From the NCBI GenBank assembly GCA_937907705.1, contig CALCVP010000072.1, positions 26,662-90,661 of the forward strand: 64,000 bases of DNA. The letters are read 5' to 3'. Positions 59,126-64,000 of this stretch are shown here, piece by piece; position 1 is the stretch's first letter, and each line of letters starts with the position of its first letter. The notes beneath the pieces were generated by a model. It searched no databases, was not told the DNA's origin, and was given only the letters and a program-made list of their open reading frames with translations. The stretch comes from an uncultured Prevotella sp. GTDB lineage: Bacteria > Bacteroidota > Bacteroidia > Bacteroidales > Bacteroidaceae. The translations under genes and the position numbers were made by a program.

Positions 59126-59878
59126 TTACTTCAGTTTGTAGGTCAGACCGATGGTACCATAGATAGGGTAAAGGGTCTGGTCCAGCGTGTGGAAGTCTGA
59201 CTTGAAGAGTCCTGACAAGCCCCATGTCACGTTGGCATAGCAGCCCCAGCGCTTTGAAAAGTTCCAGTCTATGCCTCCACTGAGACCATACTGCCAGTGG
59301 CGCATGTCGGAAGAGAAGTTGTAGTCGCCCCGACTTGAATCGTCGTTACCCAGCATTACCTTGGTGCCAGTGGGGTCTCCTTGCCTCAGGTAGCCGTTAT
59401 AGGCATAGCCGCTGAACTGGTGTGAGAGTACATAACTGATGTAAGGACCGAGCATGATGCGCACGCTTTTGCCGCAGTCGCAGGTCATCTGCACAGGCAG
59501 CGTAAGCATGTTCTCGTCTACTTGCGTAACAACATTGCCTGTAAAGCGGCCTTCCAGCTGGTCGCCCCCTTGTGTAAGTATCATGTGATAGTTCTTTACA
59601 CGGGCATCCACCTTCATGTTCTTGTTCTCCATGTGCAGTCCTGCCATCAGTCCCCAGTGGCCGTTGAGCGGCTTGTAGACATCAAGCCCCAGCACAAGGT
59701 TAGGCTGTATGGTAAACTTGTTCATGCCTCTGATAGTGGCGGGCATATTGATAGGGGCTGTACCACCTATGTTTACACCCACACGGCCGTAGTAAACCGT
59801 GTTGTTGAGCAGTCCTTTTGCAAAGGCCATTCCTATGCTGCCAATGAGCATGAGGAGCAATACTGTATATCTTTTCAT
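59126..59878 (-). CDS. Outer-membrane beta-barrel (porin-family/PorT-like) protein
   Basis: Signal peptide, GVNIGGTAP, amphipathic strands, C-terminal YGTIGLTYKLK barrel signature. Confidence 0.8.
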   Translation of the reverse strand: MKRYTVLLLMLIGSIGMAFAKGLLNNTVYYGRVGVNIGGTAPINMPATIRGMNKFTIQPNLVLGLDVYKPLNGHWGLMAGLHMENKNMKVDARVKNYHMILTQGGDQLEGRFTGNVVTQVDENMLTLPVQMTCDCGKSVRIMLGPYISYVLSHQFSGYAYNGYLRQGDPTGTKVMLGNDDSSRGDYNFSSDMRHWQYGLSGGIDWNFSKRWGCYANVTWGLSGLFKSDFHTLDQTLYPIYGTIGLTYKLK

Positions 59879-59883
59879 ACTGA

Positions 59884-61041
59884 TTATTCTTCTTTAGCGC
59901 AAACTATTCTCAGTTTGTCAAGTTCAAGTGTGCTGCCTACCGCACCGTTAAAGTTGTCGCCATCGTAGCTGGATGTGCAGACAATGGCTATGTTGTAGCC
60001 AAAGTTGGTCAAGCGTTCCTCGTCGATGTCGGCACTATATACAAAGTTGAGCTCAAACTTTGTCCAGTCAGCAGCAGGCTGCATGGTAGGCATTTCTGCC
60101 AGTGCTACCACATGCACATCGTGTTTCGGGTCTTCGCCTGTTAAGGTAAAGGCGTTGCCGTTGCTGTCAGTATTTTTGTAGAGTACGGCATATATGTCGC
60201 CATGGTCAGCCATGTTGGGCAGTGGGTTGCCGTCTTTGTCTTGGCATTGTGGCCCTGCCTGATACTTGTAATAGCCCACTACTTTTACCGGTTTCTGCGA
60301 GAAGCGCACGCCAAAGCGTGTGGCTTGCAGTGGTTGCAGAAGGGCTTTGGTGGCATCGAACTCACCCAAGAAGAGGTTGCCTGCCGCCAGCGATTTGTGC
60401 AGACGCACGCCCCAGTCTCCCGTACTGCGTGTTACGAGCTTGATGGCAGCCCCGTCATAGCCGTCAGGTTCAGGCACAGTGGGGTAGTTTTCGGGCTTGT
60501 TCTCGTCTGGCTTCATGGGTCGCATGGAATAGCCGGCATTGGCTGTTGCCCAGTTATAGGAGGTGTTGTCGGCTGACTGCACGTCAGTCCACAGGTAATA
60601 CTTTTGTGTCTTGGGGTCTAAATAATAGTTCTCAAAATCAAGATAGACCGAGTCTGTAACCGTGTGTGTAGTGATATTGACCGCCACTTGATAGTTGCGG
60701 TGCCACAGCTTGTCTTCAGAGGTAACGGTATAAGCTACAGGTCCTTGGCTAAAGTCCATGGGCTGTCCGCTGGCAGGGCTGATAGTGGCACCTGGCGTAA
60801 GGCGGAAGAAAGGTGCCAAGGCTGTGAGGTCAGTACCCTTGCGCACGCTGAAATCAATTCTGGTAGTGGTAGACACCACGTTGACCAGCGAGTCAGAGGG
60901 GTTGAAAAACATTGTTTCCGGATGGTCGGCATGCAGATATGCCTGTTCGATATCACATTCGGCATTAAGCGGTTCGTCCTTAAAGCAGGAGGCAAGGATG
61001 CTGCATAATGCTATGATGGGTAACCATTTAAAGTATTTCAT
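59884..61041 (-). CDS. PCMD-domain lipoprotein
   Basis: Lipobox LASC followed by FKDEPLNAECDI; WATANAGY, AAGNLFLGEF, GYYKY, GAVGSTLELD motifs. Confidence 0.82.
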   Translation of the reverse strand: MKYFKWLPIIALCSILASCFKDEPLNAECDIEQAYLHADHPETMFFNPSDSLVNVVSTTTRIDFSVRKGTDLTALAPFFRLTPGATISPASGQPMDFSQGPVAYTVTSEDKLWHRNYQVAVNITTHTVTDSVYLDFENYYLDPKTQKYYLWTDVQSADNTSYNWATANAGYSMRPMKPDENKPENYPTVPEPDGYDGAAIKLVTRSTGDWGVRLHKSLAAGNLFLGEFDATKALLQPLQATRFGVRFSQKPVKVVGYYKYQAGPQCQDKDGNPLPNMADHGDIYAVLYKNTDSNGNAFTLTGEDPKHDVHVVALAEMPTMQPAADWTKFELNFVYSADIDEERLTNFGYNIAIVCTSSYDGDNFNGAVGSTLELDKLRIVCAKEE

Positions 61042-61155
61042 ACGCTAACTAATCTTTTTTGTCGTGGCATAACTGTTGTGCCATGTGTTGTTTTTCTACT
61101 GTTTGATGGGCTTTGTATTTTTTTGAAAAGGCCCAAATTCCCCCTGTGATTGTGC

Positions 61156-61192
61156 AAAAAATGATTCCTATACGCATGGGTTATAGGTATCA
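61156..61192 (-). terminator. Terminator-like hairpin inside the predicted leader of the PCMD operon
   Basis: Minus strand TGATACCTATA-acccatgcg-TATAGGAATCA followed by TTTTTT. Confidence 0.55.
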
Positions 61193-61505
61193 AGAGCTAA
61201 AAACAGGAAGGTAGTAACAAACAGGTTATAACAGATAGACGCACAATAAACGCCTTAAATACAGTTGCAAAGTTACGCTAAATTTGGTTTTCATCCAAAT
61301 AATATTGAGGTATCTGAGGGGTAAAAGGAAAAACTTTTTTGCTTTAATAGTTTTTTTTGCTACAATGATAGCAGATTTTACAGGATGAGACAAGGCATTG
61401 TCTGTGCGTAAAGTACGGATTGACAGTAGCTGGAAAGTGGGGTAAAGGCAAGTGTGGTTGCCTGTTGGCGGTATGCTGCCGCAGCGAGTCAAGGGCATAA
61501 AAAGC

Positions 61506-61547
61506 AAGAAAGACTTGACTTCATCCTTTTGAAGTCAAGTCTTTCTT
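61506..61547 (-). terminator. Hairpin downstream of tRNA-Tyr
   Basis: AAGAAAGACTTGACTTCA-tccttt-TGAAGTCAAGTCTTTCTT, 18-bp perfect stem. Confidence 0.85.
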
Positions 61548-61548
61548 G

Positions 61549-61631
61549 TGGGCAAAGATGGATTCGAACCACCGAAGTCGAGAGACAGCAGATTTACAGT
61601 CTGCCCCATTTGGCCACTCTGGAATTTGCCC
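61549..61631 (-). tRNA. tRNA-Tyr (anticodon GTA)
   Basis: Reverse complement GGGCAAATTCCAGAGTGGCCAAATGGGGCAGACTGTAAATCTGC...GGTTCGAATCCATCTTTGCCCA; long variable arm; upstream TACCTTTG box. Confidence 0.96.
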
Positions 61632-61805
61632 ATTGGTTTTAACGGGTGCAAAGGTACGTATAATTTTTGTTTTAAAAGAATTTTTATTCTACTTTTTTAT
61701 CGCTTTTCTTCATTTTTATGTGAGGCAGACATGGCTCTTATATAATAAGGTGTTGCCTGTGTGTCATTTTGTGGCAGCTTGCATGTTTGACCACACACAT
61801 GCAGC

Positions 61806-61930
61806 AGAAGCAATGCTATTGACTTGCCATTGCATTGCTTTCGCTGCCTGATTGCAGTGCTCTTGGCGTTCGGTTGCATTGCTTTCGGCTTGTGACAACG
61901 GTGCAATGGCAAGCCGGTTGCAGTGCTTTT
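61806..61930. repeat. 22-bp-period palindrome array, 6 units
   Basis: Cores at 61806 AGAAGCAATGCTATT, 61828 CATTGCATTGCTTTC, 61850 GATTGCAGTGCTCTT, 61872 GGTTGCATTGCTTTC, 61894 GACAACGGTGCAATG, 61916 GGTTGCAGTGCTTTT. Confidence 0.9.
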
Positions 61931-62104
61931 GCATGAAGCTTGAAGGCAAAATTCTTGTCTGCTTCAACCAATGTTGAACGCCTGATTTATGAAAGAAAAG
62001 CACCACGGGCGAGAAACTGAAGTAGTGGAGGACTGTGATGGATATAAAGAAAAAGGCTTCTGCCGAATGGGTAGAAGCCTTTCTTCAAGTATGAAAAAAT
62101 GTGA

Positions 62105-62377
62105 TTAATTTAATGCATCAGCGAGTTCAGCACCTGCTTTGAATTTAGCTACCTTCTTGGCAGCAATCTGTATCTTCTCTTTTGTGGCAGGGTTGATACC
62201 CTCGCGGGCAGGACGCTCGTTGACACTGAATGTGCCAAAGCCAACAAGAGCTATCTTGTCGCCAGCAACAAGCGCGTCTTTAATAGCGGCAACAGTTGCA
62301 TCAAGAGCCTTCTTTGCATCTACTTTAGACAAGCCTGAGCCTGCTGATATCTTCTCTATAAGTTCTGTCTTGTTCAT
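62105..62377 (-). CDS. hup: DNA-binding protein HU
   Basis: MNKTELIEKI, LVGFGTFSV, REGINPAT, KFKAG motifs; terminator hairpin at about 62052-62082. Confidence 0.97.
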   Translation of the reverse strand: MNKTELIEKISAGSGLSKVDAKKALDATVAAIKDALVAGDKIALVGFGTFSVNERPAREGINPATKEKIQIAAKKVAKFKAGAELADALN

Positions 62378-62589
62378 AATTATAATTTGTTTAAAATATT
62401 GGTATTTATAGTTGTTTCAGCGATTTCGTTTCGCAAATATAGGTCAAACCTTTTAAAAACCAAACAAAAAATAAAAAAAAGTGAAGAATTTGAGGAAAAA
62501 AAGTTGCTTAACAACTTATTTTATAGACTATGACGGATATTTTTCGTAATTTTGCGACGATTTCTATTGATTTTTCAAATCCAATAAAT

Positions 62590-63516
62590 ATGTTTAGAAT
62601 ACCTCCGATAACAAAGAACTTACTGATAATTAACGTGTTGATGTTTGCTGCCACTTTCGTGTTCCAACGTGTGGGGGTAGACTTTGAAACGCTCTTTGGC
62701 CTACACTTCTTTTTGGCTTCAGATTTCAGCATCTATCAGCTGATAACTTACATGTTCATGCATGGCAACTTCCAGCATCTGTTTTTCAATATGTTTGCCT
62801 TATGGATGTTTGGCCGTGTAGTTGAAAGTGTATGGGGTCCGAAGAAGTTCTTGACCTTCTACTTTGTTTGCGGAATAGGCGCAGGATTGGTGCAGGAAGT
62901 CAGCCAGCTGGTATCACTTTATATGTTGGCATCAGACCAAATACCAGGGTTTGTAGCCTCCAACATTATGGAGGTGGCACACAACAGCCAGCAGTTGCTC
63001 AACATGTGGACCACAGTAGGTGCATCGGGTGGCATTTATGGCATTCTGCTGGCCTTTGGCATGCTCTTTCCGGAAGAACGCATATTTATATTCCCGTTGC
63101 CGGTGCCCATCAAGGCCAAATGGTTTGTTTGCCTTTATGTGGTAATAGAACTGCTCATGGCGCTGACCACTCCTGGCGACCAAGTGGCTCATTTTGCGCA
63201 TCTCGGTGGTATGCTCTTTGGCTATTTACTCATCAAATACTGGCGCAATGGTTCGGGCAACAATTACTTCGGACGCTCCAAAGGGCAGCAGTTCTTTGAC
63301 AAACTGAAGCAGAATTGGGAGCAACACAACCGTAAACGTAACGACAACTTTAGTAATCATGCTAACAGAAGAAGTGAATCAGACTGGGAATACAACCAGC
63401 GCAAAAAGGCTGAAGAAGACGAGTTGGACCGTATTCTTGACAAAATAAAGCGCAGCGGATACGACAGCTTGACGGATGAAGAAAAGAAAAAACTGTTTGA
63501 CAACAGTAGGAAATAA
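62590..63516 (+). CDS. Rhomboid-family intramembrane serine protease with a C-terminal DUF6576-like tail
   Basis: TYMFMHG...HLFFNM, catalytic GASG, AHFAHLGG, tail LDRILDKIKRSGYDSLTDEEKKKLF. Start reassigned to 62590. Confidence 0.9.
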   Translation: MFRIPPITKNLLIINVLMFAATFVFQRVGVDFETLFGLHFFLASDFSIYQLITYMFMHGNFQHLFFNMFALWMFGRVVESVWGPKKFLTFYFVCGIGAGLVQEVSQLVSLYMLASDQIPGFVASNIMEVAHNSQQLLNMWTTVGASGGIYGILLAFGMLFPEERIFIFPLPVPIKAKWFVCLYVVIELLMALTTPGDQVAHFAHLGGMLFGYLLIKYWRNGSGNNYFGRSKGQQFFDKLKQNWEQHNRKRNDNFSNHANRRSESDWEYNQRKKAEEDELDRILDKIKRSGYDSLTDEEKKKLFDNSRK

Positions 63517-63666
63517 ACCATGGAGACTGCACCGCTGCCTGTGGCAACAGGCGTTTCATAAAAAGGCAATAGGCAGTTGATATGTCTCGCTGTCAGCATG
63601 GGCTTGGCCTATGGCATGGGGTGAGATGTATATAGCCTGTTGAATACACTGACACAATCAAGAATA

Positions 63667-64000
63667 ATGGCTGCAAAAATAACTCATTTCGCACTGAAAA
63701 TATTGGTAGGGGCCAATGTGGTAGCCGCATTGCTCATGCTGCTTGTTGGTTATTCAGACCGTTTGCACCCTACCGAGCATCCCCTGTTGGCCAGTGCAGG
63801 ACTGGTGTTTCCTGCTTTCTTGCTGGTCAACTTCTGTTTTATGGTCTTTTTCGCTTTCGTAAAGCGGCGCTATGTATTGGTATCTTTCATAGGCTTTGTG
63901 TTGGCATACGAACCCGTAACAACCTATTGGCCCGTAAATATTCCCGACAATCCGGCACCAGGGTCCATAAAGGTCATGTCGTTTAACGTGCTTAACTTTT
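63667..64000 (+). CDS. Endonuclease/exonuclease/phosphatase-family membrane protein, 3'-truncated
   Basis: Hand translation gives MAAKITHFALKILVGANVVAALLMLL...GLVFPAFLLVN...IKVMSFNV: three TM segments, then the first EEP strand; usual neighbour of rhomboid/hup. Confidence 0.75.
   Translation, partial: MAAKITHFALKILVGANVVAALLMLLVGYSDRLHPTEHPLLASAGLVFPAFLLVNFCFMVFFAFVKRRYVLVSFIGFVLAYEPVTTYWPVNIPDNPAPGSIKVMSFNVLNF

Noticed and set aside
61065..61083. TGGCATA/TGGCACA as a sigma-54 promoter
   Set aside because: No correctly spaced TTGC on either strand; better explained as a hairpin.
21945..61930. 22-bp arrays as CRISPR arrays
   Set aside because: The repeats are only 15 bp and degenerate, the spacers 7 bp, orientation flips within arrays, and no cas genes are present.

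Overview
A chromosomal window from a Bacteroidota organism, most likely Prevotellaceae. The evidence is TAnnTTTG promoter boxes, an HTCS, T9SS-type cargo proteins and typical gene order. Core genes (metK, hemD, rnpA, yidD, tyrS, tRNA-Gln, kduI/kduD, dprA, dusB, parE, hup, tRNA-Tyr) alternate with accessory blocks. The blocks are: (i) a sigma-54 two-component module bracketing a small Ser/Thr/Pro-repeat secreted protein and a structured non-coding trailer; (ii) an orphan HTCS; (iii) a TPR-AraC regulator divergent from three T9SS-type cargo genes (adhesin, M6 protease, Omp28-like); (iv) a duplicated secreted-protein gene flanking a second Omp28-like gene; (v) a PL11 lyase; and (vi) a PCMD/beta-barrel operon with a terminator inside its leader. 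Non-coding highlights read from the sequence are dispersed intergenic arrays with a 22-bp period (two sequence families), three sigma-54 -24/-12 promoters, and a ~65-nt candidate sRNA complementary to translation-start regions. I found no integrase, transposase, cas gene or CRISPR array. All product calls come from motif recognition by eye; no searches were run.
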